From the NCBI GenBank assembly GCA_045629405.1, contig JAZQRD010000118.1, positions 158 to 64,157 of the forward strand: a stretch of DNA of 64,000 bases. Reading direction: 5' to 3'. This DNA comes from Sphingobacterium sp. (GTDB taxonomy: Bacteria > Bacteroidota > Bacteroidia > Sphingobacteriales > Sphingobacteriaceae). Below the pieces are notes generated by a model. That model was given only the letters and a program-made list of their open reading frames with translations, was not told the DNA's origin and did not search any database. Below are positions 1 to 8,588 of the stretch, one piece after another. The position numbers and the translations under genes are program-made. Numbering within the stretch: position 1 is the first letter of the stretch; every line of letters begins with the position of its first letter.

Positions 1-279
1 TAAAGCGATAGTCAAGAAACGCATCACACGTTCGTCACGCTTGTATTCAACCTCTAATTTTTTAATTAATTCACCTGGAGCCTTGAATTCAGTTAAGTGA
101 TAAAATCCAGTTGATTTTTTCTGGATTGGATACGCTAATTTTTTCAAACCCCAATTATCTTCAGCGATAATTTCGGCTCCGCCTTCTACTAAGATGTTTT
201 TGAATTTAGCAATTGCCTCTTTCGCAGCATCTTCTGAAAGCAACGGGGTAAGAATGATTACAGATTCGTACTGTTGCAT
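1..279 (-). CDS. rpsF: 30S ribosomal protein S6 (3' end runs off window)
   Basis: Manual translation from ATG at 279: [62 protein letters not shown]...RDERVMRFL, the typical S6 signature. Not in the ORF track. Confidence 0.97.
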   Translation of the reverse strand, partial: MQQYESVIILTPLLSEDAAKEAIAKFKNILVEGGAEIIAEDNWGLKKLAYPIQKKSTGFYHLTEFKAPGELIKKLEVEYKRDERVMRFLTIAL

Positions 280-328
280 TTTTTAAATAATTATGTTAAT
301 TTAAATGTTTTCCGATTTTACGGATGTG

Positions 329-359
329 CAAAGATAAATAAATTATCATATATCACAAA
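329..359 (-). promoter_or_regulatory. Bacteroidota sigma70-type promoter of rpsF
   Basis: Minus strand TTTG-N19-TATCTTTG, an exact match to the -33/-7 consensus. Confidence 0.8.
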
Positions 360-572
360 TTTTTTATTAGTATTTGTATTCACGAAGTCCTACTCAGATA
401 TTATTATCATCAATTATTACAATACTCTGAATTGATTTGAAAGAATGGGAGAGAGTGTAGTTTGGATAATTCTATTATATCAGTTACAACTATTTCTATA
501 AAATAATTAAAACTGATATTTCAAAACCATCATATGATGAGGATATAGAAATACATAGCTACAATAAATAAG

Positions 573-597
573 TATTCCTTCAAAATATGAAGGAATA
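573..597. terminator. Hairpin downstream of thermonuclease gene
   Basis: TATTCCTTCA-AAATA-TGAAGGAATA inverted repeat. Confidence 0.6.
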
Positions 598-618
598 ACA
601 TAATAAGGTGATTAGCAC

Positions 619-1104
619 CTAAGATTTTCGTAATGCTTTTTTATTTTTCCTAAAATCCCATGGAGCTATTGGTTTTCGTAAAGACCAAATATTAATTTTA
701 TTCCTTTTCGCATGTGCTTCTGCATTAGCATATACTTTACTCTTATCATATTGCTTATAATGCCAAGCTAATCCATTTCGCAAAATTCGAAGATTTAAAT
801 TTCGATTATTAACCCATACCACGCCAATGTTTCTTCCATATCTATCTTTCGACTTGACTTCTACACGAACCTGTTTGCCAATAGATGACTTAGTCGTAAA
901 ATCCTTAGATACTTGGTAAAAATCCTGGCCTTTTTCAGGACAATCAATTCCATAAAATCTTATCTTATGTTGATTTTTTTTGTTGTCCAAAATGGTAAAA
1001 GTATCTCCATCTGCTACTTTGACAACCTTGCCATTGATAATGTTCTGACCTAGTAGAATTAAATTAAATAAAATAAAAGAGAGTGTAAGCAAAATATGTT
1101 TCAT
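619..1104 (-). CDS. Thermonuclease (SNase) family secreted nuclease
   Basis: VADGDT, IRFYGIDCPE and DRYGR motifs. Signal peptide begins at ATG 1104 (MKHILL). Confidence 0.92.
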   Translation of the reverse strand: MKHILLTLSFILFNLILLGQNIINGKVVKVADGDTFTILDNKKNQHKIRFYGIDCPEKGQDFYQVSKDFTTKSSIGKQVRVEVKSKDRYGRNIGVVWVNNRNLNLRILRNGLAWHYKQYDKSKVYANAEAHAKRNKINIWSLRKPIAPWDFRKNKKALRKS

Positions 1105-1209
1105 TTTGCAAAGATAGTCATAGTATATGATGTCAGCTAAATGTTGCATAACTAATTAACGAGTATTTGTTGATAATGCAACTAATGAAAAGGATCAATG
1201 TCTAGCAAT

Positions 1210-1311
1210 AAAAAAATCCTGAAGTTGGGAGCTCCAGGATTTAACCAAACCAATTATTAACTTAAATGTGAAATTTGAAATTAATAAAACAAGTATCGTA
1301 TCTTTTTTCGA
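1210..1311 (-). ncRNA. Putative orphan small RNA (about 100 nt)
   Basis: Minus-strand intrinsic terminator 1210-1242 with no ORF upstream. The fadD terminator lies further upstream at 1435-1474. 5' end is approximate. Confidence 0.4.
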
Positions 1312-1434
1312 TAAACAATATATATTTAACATTTTTTAACAAATAAACTTCATCTATTTCACACCATAAAACACATAGTAACTAAGAAGGTGTTTTTTAA
1401 CATTATGACAATAAATAGGTCTCTAAACGTCATT

Positions 1435-1474
1435 AATAAGATAAAGTCAAACATGTGTTTGACTTTATCTTATT
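1435..1474. terminator. Terminator of acyl-CoA synthetase gene
   Basis: 19-bp perfect arms AATAAGATAAAGTCAAACA / TGTTTGACTTTATCTTATT directly after the stop codon. Confidence 0.8.
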
Positions 1475-1476
1475 TT

Positions 1477-3264
1477 TTAATTATTTTCTTCAGCTTTATA
1501 CAAGCTATTAAACTCTGCCTTATATTTTTCTAATATAATTTTCCGTTTCATTTTCAAAGTAGGAGTTAATTCTCCACCATCTATAGTAAACTCAGTGGGA
1601 ATAATAATAGGCTTTTTAATCTGTTCCCAATTTCCAAAATGTTGATTTGCTAATCGTACTTCAGCATTTACTTTTTTAATAACTGAAGGTTGTATAAGAA
1701 ACTCTTCTTTTGATAGACTAACAATTGTGGGCTCATTTGCTTTAGCCCAATCTAATAAATGAGCGTAACTCGGAACTATAAATGCGGATGCAAATTTTTG
1801 CGCCTCACCAATAACCATTGCTTGTTCAATAAACGGAGACTCTACTAATTTTTTTTCAATGGGTTGAGGGGTAACGTACTTGCCGCCAGAAATTTTAAAC
1901 ATTTCTTTTTTGCGATCCACAATTTTGATAAATCTTCCTTCTTCCAAAATTGCAATATCACCAGTATGTAACCATCCGTCTACAATCGTCTTAGCCGTTT
2001 CTTCGGGATTTTTGTAGTAGCCCATCATTACATTTGGTCCTTTAACAAGGATCTCTCCATCTTCAGCAAGCTTAACCTCTACATTATTAACCGGCAAACC
2101 AACTGTACCGACACGTGTTCCTTCTGTATAACTATTTACTGAAATCAACGGTGATGCTTCTGTCATACCATAGCCTTCGTAAATAGGTATTCCTGATGCC
2201 ATAAATGCTTTTGCAAGTGCATTAGGTAAAGATGCTGAGCCAGAGTAGACTGTTTGTAAGCTACCACCTAATGCTTCATACCATTTATTCAACACTAATT
2301 TCTTAGCTAGTTTAAGCTTCAAATTATAGGTTGCAGTACGATTTTCAGGATTTGGATCATAGTCATATGCCACAGAAAGCGCCCAATCAAAGATTTTTCT
2401 CTTAACACCAGTTAATTCTAAACCCTTTTTCATTATCTTTTCATAGACTTTCTCCAGCAAGCGAGGTACAGCAGTCATCATGTGTGGCTTGATCTCAGCC
2501 AAGTTTTGTGCAATTTTATCTAATGACTCTGCTATGTGTATAGTAACCCCAATATACATATAAGTATATAATGTCATACGCTCATAAGCGTGACATGGAG
2601 GTAGAAAAGTTAAACTTCGACCATATGCTTTTACAGGTGTCGCGAGGCTAGCTGATTGGGCATTTGCTACCATATTTCTATGTGATAGCATGACACCCTT
2701 AGGCTTGCCAGTGGTTCCAGAAGTATAGATCAACGTAGCTAAATCCGTCGCTTTAACGGCATCACGCTTATTATTTAATATCGAATCTGTAACTGTTGAA
2801 CCAATTTCTTTGATCTCACTCCAATGTCTTGTGTGCGGTATCTCCGCCATACAAAAGATATACTTTAATGTATAAACAGATTCTATAATATTATTCACTC
2901 TGTTGTATAGATTCTTGTTACTTACAACACAGATCTTAATTTCAGCATCATTAAATATATACTGATAGTCGGCATCAGTGATATTCGGATACATAGCTAC
3001 TACTACAGCGCCTATTTGTTGAATAGCAAAATCCATTATATGCCATTCAACGCTACTATCTGCAATCAAACCCACTTTATCGTTAGGTTGTACTCCTAAT
3101 GCGATCAAGCCTTTTGACATAGCGTCTACTTCTCTAAGAAATTCACTAGTACTCATTGGAGTCCATACACCTTCTATTTTTCTAGAGAAAATAGAAAGAT
3201 CTGGATATAAATCAACTTGGCGTCTTGCTAAATCGAAAATTCTTAATGTCTGTTCTTGTTCCAT
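1477..3264 (-). CDS. Long-chain fatty acid--CoA ligase (AMP-binding)
   Basis: YTSGTTGKPKG, YEGYGMTE and WLHTGD motifs; C-terminal ELTPTLKMKR. Confidence 0.93.
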   Translation of the reverse strand: MEQEQTLRIFDLARRQVDLYPDLSIFSRKIEGVWTPMSTSEFLREVDAMSKGLIALGVQPNDKVGLIADSSVEWHIMDFAIQQIGAVVVAMYPNITDADYQYIFNDAEIKICVVSNKNLYNRVNNIIESVYTLKYIFCMAEIPHTRHWSEIKEIGSTVTDSILNNKRDAVKATDLATLIYTSGTTGKPKGVMLSHRNMVANAQSASLATPVKAYGRSLTFLPPCHAYERMTLYTYMYIGVTIHIAESLDKIAQNLAEIKPHMMTAVPRLLEKVYEKIMKKGLELTGVKRKIFDWALSVAYDYDPNPENRTATYNLKLKLAKKLVLNKWYEALGGSLQTVYSGSASLPNALAKAFMASGIPIYEGYGMTEASPLISVNSYTEGTRVGTVGLPVNNVEVKLAEDGEILVKGPNVMMGYYKNPEETAKTIVDGWLHTGDIAILEEGRFIKIVDRKKEMFKISGGKYVTPQPIEKKLVESPFIEQAMVIGEAQKFASAFIVPSYAHLLDWAKANEPTIVSLSKEEFLIQPSVIKKVNAEVRLANQHFGNWEQIKKPIIIPTEFTIDGGELTPTLKMKRKIILEKYKAEFNSLYKAEENN

Positions 3265-3451
3265 ATTTCATTATAAAATCAAGCATAACTAGCTCGATTT
3301 ATTACGTAAATAATTCATTTCTCATAAAGAAATTTATGAGGCAAAAAGTTTGTAAAGATAGGAAATTTGGAGATACATTTATTTTATTAAAAAAAATACA
3401 AGTAGATTAAAAATGCTATATGATAAATACAAAAATGCTAATTAGCTGTAA

Positions 3452-3561
3452 ATGAAAGAGCCTCAATAATAACGCACATATTATTGAGGCTTGAAAGTGT
3501 TGTAATAAATAAAGTTTTTTTTGTGTTAGTAATATATAATTATGGACCAATTAGTGTGCCA
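3452..3561 (-). ncRNA. Putative sigma54-driven small RNA with its promoter
   Basis: Minus strand TGGCAC-N5-TTGG at 3561-3547, then about 85 nt ending in a 12-bp hairpin (3459-3491) and CTTTCATT. Confidence 0.4.
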
Positions 3562-3682
3562 AAAAAATTGAGAAATATGACCTATAGTCATATCATCAAA
3601 TTTTATATTGTGTAGCAATAAATTATAATAAAACTTTTAAAACTTTTTATTCTTGATGTTTGTTTTCTAGAAAACGTATTAT

Positions 3683-4657
3683 ATGATTAATAGATTTAAA
3701 AAGATTAGTAAGGATTTCTTTACAATTCTAAAAAATTCATTTTCTGGATTTTTGGATGAAGATAGCCTTAAATTATCCGCATCCCTGGCATATTATACTG
3801 TATTCTCAATTGGACCAATATTAGTATTGATTATAAGTCTTGCAAGTCTGTTCTATGGAGAAGATGCTATCAAAGGAAAACTATTTGGAGAGCTAAACTC
3901 ACTTGTTGGTGCTAGTGCAGCTACCCAAATTCAGTCAATAATTAAAAACTTAGAATTATCTGGCAAAAGCAATACAGCATTAGCCATAAGTGGAGCAACA
4001 TTGATTATTGGCGCAACAACCGTATTTGGAGACATTCAAAATTCAATAAATAAGATTTGGCACGTACGAGCAAAACCCAAAAAAGGTTGGCTTAAGCTTA
4101 TACAAGATAGATTACTATCTTCATCCCTAATCATTGGACTCGGATTTCTTTTTGTTGTTACGTTGATTGTCAATGGATTGATCTTAAGTTTAACTGGGCG
4201 TATTCAATACTATTTCCCAGACATAACTCTTATTCTACTTGAGACGATCAACTTTGCACTGACATTGGGAATTGTATTTGTATTATTTGCAAGCATTTTC
4301 AAGGTTTTACCAGATGTAAATATATCTTGGAAGACAGTTCGAGTAGGTGCTCTATTTACAAGCGTGATGTTTATGCTGGGCCGCTTTTTGATTGGTTTAT
4401 ATTTGGAGACATCCGATACGGAGAGCACATATGGTACAGCAGGATCAATAATATTAATCTTACTATGGGTATATTATACCGCAGCTATACTATATTTTGG
4501 GGCTGTATTCACACGCGAATATGCTACTTTGAAAGGTATCTCAATAGAACCATCTGAATTTGCTGTTCATGTAGAATACAAAGAAATCGAACGAAATGTT
4601 GCTGAAATACCAGCAGCTCCATTGTCTAGTGAGGAAATTGTAGACGACAAAACATAA
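3683..4657 (+). CDS. YihY/virulence factor BrkB family membrane protein
   Basis: SASLAYYTVFSIGP and YGTAGSIILILLWVYY motifs; multiple TM segments. Confidence 0.9.
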   Translation: MINRFKKISKDFFTILKNSFSGFLDEDSLKLSASLAYYTVFSIGPILVLIISLASLFYGEDAIKGKLFGELNSLVGASAATQIQSIIKNLELSGKSNTALAISGATLIIGATTVFGDIQNSINKIWHVRAKPKKGWLKLIQDRLLSSSLIIGLGFLFVVTLIVNGLILSLTGRIQYYFPDITLILLETINFALTLGIVFVLFASIFKVLPDVNISWKTVRVGALFTSVMFMLGRFLIGLYLETSDTESTYGTAGSIILILLWVYYTAAILYFGAVFTREYATLKGISIEPSEFAVHVEYKEIERNVAEIPAAPLSSEEIVDDKT

Positions 4658-4674
4658 AAACCATTAAAGTCAGC

Positions 4675-5133
4675 CTATCTAAAGTTTGGCCTATATGTAA
4701 GTGGGGAGAAGGACCAAGGTATTGAGCTTAGTATGATAAAATATATCCACAAATATGGCACCCATAATTGTTGGAAGTAATTCGTTCCAATATTTTTATA
4801 CGCTTTTATACAATAGAAATTTGATAAGAATATACCTAGGTTCATCATACTCATGTGCTCCAATCCAAAAAAGCGCATCTGCCTATGCTTTACACTATAT
4901 GGTAGTTGTTCCCAAAATCCAATTGCTATAGGACTATTTAGGAATAATAACCATCCTAATATCAATTGTATATTGATTATTATAGTGAATGATAAATGAA
5001 TTTTGAAATGGGTTGAGGTGTAATTTGAGTTTGAATTTTTATTCCACCAAATCCAGACAAACTGTATTAAAAGTATTAATAGTACCAACCATCTATAATA
5101 TGAGTGGGCTATTAGTAATTCTATATAATTCAT
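4675..5133 (-). CDS. Four-TM membrane protein (cytochrome b-like hypothetical)
   Basis: HSYYRWLVL and RFFGLEH His-containing motifs; hydrophobic helices. Confidence 0.7.
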   Translation of the reverse strand: MNYIELLIAHSYYRWLVLLILLIQFVWIWWNKNSNSNYTSTHFKIHLSFTIIINIQLILGWLLFLNSPIAIGFWEQLPYSVKHRQMRFFGLEHMSMMNLGIFLSNFYCIKAYKNIGTNYFQQLWVPYLWIYFIILSSIPWSFSPLTYRPNFR

Positions 5134-5205
5134 TTATGGATAAAATTATAATCTATTAAATTTAAAGACTGAGCATCTAAAATAATTAGACAATTATACA
5201 CATAA

Positions 5206-5240
5206 TTAACAAAGGGATTCAAATTGAATCCCTTTGTTAA
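5206..5240. terminator. Terminator after PQQ sugar dehydrogenase
   Basis: TTAACAAAGGGATTCAA-A-TTGAATCCCTTTGTTAA. Confidence 0.8.
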
Positions 5241-5255
5241 TATTTTTTTGAAAAA

Positions 5256-6494
5256 TTATTTACCTATACGGTATAATTTTCCTGAATCAGTTATTGCATA
5301 TAAAGCCTCGTCATTTCCTTGAATTACATCTCTAAAACGCTCTCCTTCCTTACTCACCAATCGCTCTTCACCTACAACTTTTCCATCTTGGATTACTATA
5401 CGTGCTATATGCATACTGCTTAGACCAGCAATGAAAAGATTGTTTTTCCACTCAGGAATAGCGTTTCCAGTATAAAAATTAGTTCCAGATGGTGATAATA
5501 CGGGATCCCAGTAATACACAGGTTGTTCTAAACCATCTTGCTGCTGAATCGGAGGTGTACCTATTTCTTTACCAGAGTATTCAATACCATAAGTGATAAT
5601 TGGCCAGCCATAATTTTTACCAGCGACAATACGATTCAACTCGTCACCACCACGAGGACCAAATTCTGTTTCCCAAAGATCACCAGTTTCTGGATGTAAG
5701 GCGATACCCTGTGGATTACGGTGACCGTACGAATAAATTTCTGGTAATGCATCTGCATTGCCTTCAAAAGGATTCCCGGCAGCAGCCTTGCCGTCTGTTG
5801 TTAGACGTAATATTTTACCGATTGCAGATTTAAGATCTTGCGCTAATGGGCGAGTCTCTAACTCAGATCGTTCACCTATTGAAACTAATAAATTTCCAGT
5901 CTTGTCGAATATAATACGTCCGCCATAGTGAAGTTTACCGTCAAATACCGGTCCTGCTTGATAAATTATAGTTGCACCTTCGATAGTTTTCTCGTCAGTA
6001 GACAGTTTCCCTTTAGCAACTGCAGTCAAATTACCTTTTTCTACACGGTGTGTAAACGTCCAGTAAACTATACGATTAGATGTAAAGTCAGGGTCTAAAG
6101 TCAGTCCTAATAAACCTCCTTGTCCAACAGCATCAACTTTTGGAAGACCGGTAATAGCGTCACTGATTGTACTACCATCTGCGGCTACGATACGCATTGT
6201 ACCTTCTTTTTCTGTAATAAGAAATCTTCCATCAGGGAGTGAAACAATACCCCAAGGTGATTTTAATCCTTGAGCAATAACTTTACTCTCATAACTAGTT
6301 GTAGTTTTTACTCCTGCAATACGTGTTTGACCATCAAAAGCTGGTTTATATGCTGTATTGCCTTTGTTCGATTCTACAGCAGGATAAATACTATCTTGGC
6401 TTGAAGCAGCTTCATTGTTATTAGCATTGCCATTATTACATGACATCGCTAGTACTGATGAAGATAATAGTACTGCTGAAAATAATTTTTTCAT
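5256..6494 (-). CDS. PQQ-dependent sugar dehydrogenase (GSDH/YliI-like lipoprotein)
   Basis: GQGGLL, HYGGRI, YGHRNPQG, GGDELN and GKNYGWP motifs; lipobox-like LAMSC. Confidence 0.92.
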   Translation of the reverse strand: MKKLFSAVLLSSSVLAMSCNNGNANNNEAASSQDSIYPAVESNKGNTAYKPAFDGQTRIAGVKTTTSYESKVIAQGLKSPWGIVSLPDGRFLITEKEGTMRIVAADGSTISDAITGLPKVDAVGQGGLLGLTLDPDFTSNRIVYWTFTHRVEKGNLTAVAKGKLSTDEKTIEGATIIYQAGPVFDGKLHYGGRIIFDKTGNLLVSIGERSELETRPLAQDLKSAIGKILRLTTDGKAAAGNPFEGNADALPEIYSYGHRNPQGIALHPETGDLWETEFGPRGGDELNRIVAGKNYGWPIITYGIEYSGKEIGTPPIQQQDGLEQPVYYWDPVLSPSGTNFYTGNAIPEWKNNLFIAGLSSMHIARIVIQDGKVVGEERLVSKEGERFRDVIQGNDEALYAITDSGKLYRIGK

Positions 6495-6611
6495 AATGAA
6501 TAATCTTTAGTGAAGAATAAGTTTAACCGATTATTTAAAATTAATAAATATATGGTAAAGTCTTTATATAATTTAATTCAAAATTTCGCGTATTTAACTG
6601 ATAACGTCCAC

Positions 6612-6665
6612 TTTAAATCATAAAGAAGCTGCTATTTTAAAATAGCAGCTTCTTTATGATTTAAA
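6612..6665. repeat. 54-bp perfect palindrome overlapping gene 3' end
   Basis: TTTAAATCATAAAGAAGCTGCTATTTT|AAAATAGCAGCTTCTTTATGATTTAAA, no loop. Confidence 0.95.
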
Positions 6666-6877
6666 ATACGAGCATATGTAGCTATTTGATCATTATCTAA
6701 CAATTCCTTATGATATGGCGCAGGAATGACAACTTTATACTCCTTATTACCTACGGGAATAAAGAATAAAGCACCGTGTTCTTCTTTACTTTCTGTAACG
6801 ATTAATGTGAATTTCTGTACAGCATTATTAAGTGTATTGCTATCTTTTAATTTTGAGATTAAAACAGACGGATTCAT
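6632..6877 (-). CDS. Hypothetical protein (81 aa), downstream of USP gene
   Basis: ATG 10 bp after the USP stop; globular-looking composition. Confidence 0.7.
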   Translation of the reverse strand: MNPSVLISKLKDSNTLNNAVQKFTLIVTESKEEHGALFFIPVGNKEYKVVIPAPYHKELLDNDQIATYARILNHKEAAILK

Positions 6878-6886
6878 TATAAATTA

Positions 6887-7741
6887 TTAATTTTCTTCGT
6901 GAAGCACCAAGATAGGGGTTTTTGCATGAAAGGCAAACTTATTTGTCAAACTAGATCGCATTAATTGATCAAAGAAATTCCTATTTCGCTTTACAATAGC
7001 TAACAAGTCAATATTATTTTCTTCCAAGAACATGTTAATTGTCGCTTCTATTGATTGTTCATTTTTTTCTAATAGAATGAAATCCAACTTTTCTTGATTA
7101 AACTTATTCGTCCAACTATTAGTTTGCATTAAAATATCGCCTGCCTTTTGTGGATCCTTTAATACATGAATACAGAATACTTCAGCATTAAATATTTTAG
7201 AAAAGGAAATAACTTCAGCGAGTGCTGCACTATCTTTCTCTCTGAAAAGAGTCGTAAACGCAATTTTGTTGATTGGTGAATAAATTGCTTGCTCTGGAAT
7301 CCCTAATACTGGTTTTTTTGTATTCCGAATTACATCGACAGTATTTGTACCAACAAAATCTTTTGTAAAACCAGAGGCTCCTCTGGTACCCATCACAATT
7401 AATTGGATATCTTCTTTTTCCAAAGTTTTCTTTACGCTATTTAGAACCGTACCTTCTTCGATTATAAATACAAGTTGAGAGTGATCCAATTGTTGTTCTT
7501 CAGCAAGCTTATGCAGATTGGGAACCTGTTTTTTGAAATATTCAAATTTTGACAATTCAACTTGCCTATAAACATCTGCGAGCATCTCAGGTTGACCGCC
7601 ATGAGTAGCTGACAAAATTGGGGACATATAGGAATACAAAACATATAGCTTCACATTCAACTGATTAGCAATGTTGAGAGCGTATAAAAACGCATTATTT
7701 GCTGCATCAGAAAAGTCAGTTGGGATTAATATATTTTTCAT
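6887..7741 (-). CDS. Universal stress protein (tandem USP domains)
   Basis: MKNILIPTDFS, LIVMGTRGASG and PILVL motifs. Confidence 0.95.
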   Translation of the reverse strand: MKNILIPTDFSDAANNAFLYALNIANQLNVKLYVLYSYMSPILSATHGGQPEMLADVYRQVELSKFEYFKKQVPNLHKLAEEQQLDHSQLVFIIEEGTVLNSVKKTLEKEDIQLIVMGTRGASGFTKDFVGTNTVDVIRNTKKPVLGIPEQAIYSPINKIAFTTLFREKDSAALAEVISFSKIFNAEVFCIHVLKDPQKAGDILMQTNSWTNKFNQEKLDFILLEKNEQSIEATINMFLEENNIDLLAIVKRNRNFFDQLMRSSLTNKFAFHAKTPILVLHEEN

Positions 7742-7960
7742 TACATTATATTTTTTTTATTAAAGCTATTAAAATCTTTTCATGTGTTCACGTACAATGA
7801 TGAATGTCATAGATGTACGTGATTTATTTTAAAACAGCTGTAGCGAATGATTTGTTTCCAACGTTTGATTAAGAAATCACAATTGAGTAAAGTAATAAAT
7901 AAGTCGTCGGTTACAAATAATAGTTAAATTAGCTACACTGAACATTTCGGATATAATTAA

Positions 7961-8584
7961 GTGGGATTAATAAATCAGTATTTTAAAAAGAGCAATCCGC
8001 TGACACTAAAAATAGCGTTAGATGAATGTCTCGTGCAAAATTCTGAACGTGGAAAATCTTTTATATACAAACAGTTTTATGGTTATTTGATGTCGGTTGC
8101 ATTTCGATACGTAAAAGAAGAAATGGAAGCTGAAGATATTGTTAATGAATCGTTTGTTAAAATATTTAATAAGTTAAGCTCATTTGAATGCTTAGAAGAT
8201 CCACTAATATTAGAAAAATCATTTAAAGGTTGGATATCACGAGTAACAGTGAATACTTCAATTGATAAATTGAGAAGTAAAAAAATCACACTACATCTAG
8301 ATGATGTTTCTGATCATGAATTAATATCACACGCCGTTCCTATAGCTAGCACGCTTGAAGAGAAGGATATACTTAATCTGTTATATGAACTACCTCCGAT
8401 CCAAAGAACGATTTTTAATCTATATGAGATAGAAGGCTTTTCACATGATGAAATTGGAAAAGAGTTGAGCATACCAGAAAGTACATCCAGAACGTATCTG
8501 ACTCGAGCTAAGGCTCGATTGCGTAAGCTATATGAACAGAAATTTGAAACCAAAGATGAAATTGTAACAGGAGGTTATCGATAA
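7961..8584 (+). CDS. ECF RNA polymerase sigma-70 factor
   Basis: AEDIVNESFVKIF, FKGWISRVTVNTSID and FNLYEIEGFSHDEIG...TSRTYLTRAK (regions 2 and 4). Confidence 0.93.
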   Translation: MGLINQYFKKSNPLTLKIALDECLVQNSERGKSFIYKQFYGYLMSVAFRYVKEEMEAEDIVNESFVKIFNKLSSFECLEDPLILEKSFKGWISRVTVNTSIDKLRSKKITLHLDDVSDHELISHAVPIASTLEEKDILNLLYELPPIQRTIFNLYEIEGFSHDEIGKELSIPESTSRTYLTRAKARLRKLYEQKFETKDEIVTGGYR

Positions 8585-8588
8585 TAAT

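Noticed and set aside
275-301. TTATGTTAATT resembling a XerD arm upstream of rpsF
   Set aside because: One mismatch, no XerC arm, and it lies in the rpsF 5' UTR
311-324. Small TCCG/CGGA hairpin in the rpsF leader as an S6:S18 regulatory element
   Set aside because: Too short to match the known motif without a covariance model
445-501. 18-aa hydrophobic ORF MGESVVWIILLYQLQLFL on + strand
   Set aside because: No consensus promoter; short hydrophobic ORFs arise easily in AT-rich DNA
5177-5189. Perfect CTAA-N5-TTAG upstream of the cytochrome b-like gene
   Set aside because: Single copy; a rough estimate gives about 2 chance hits per 64 kb at this AT content; no repair link
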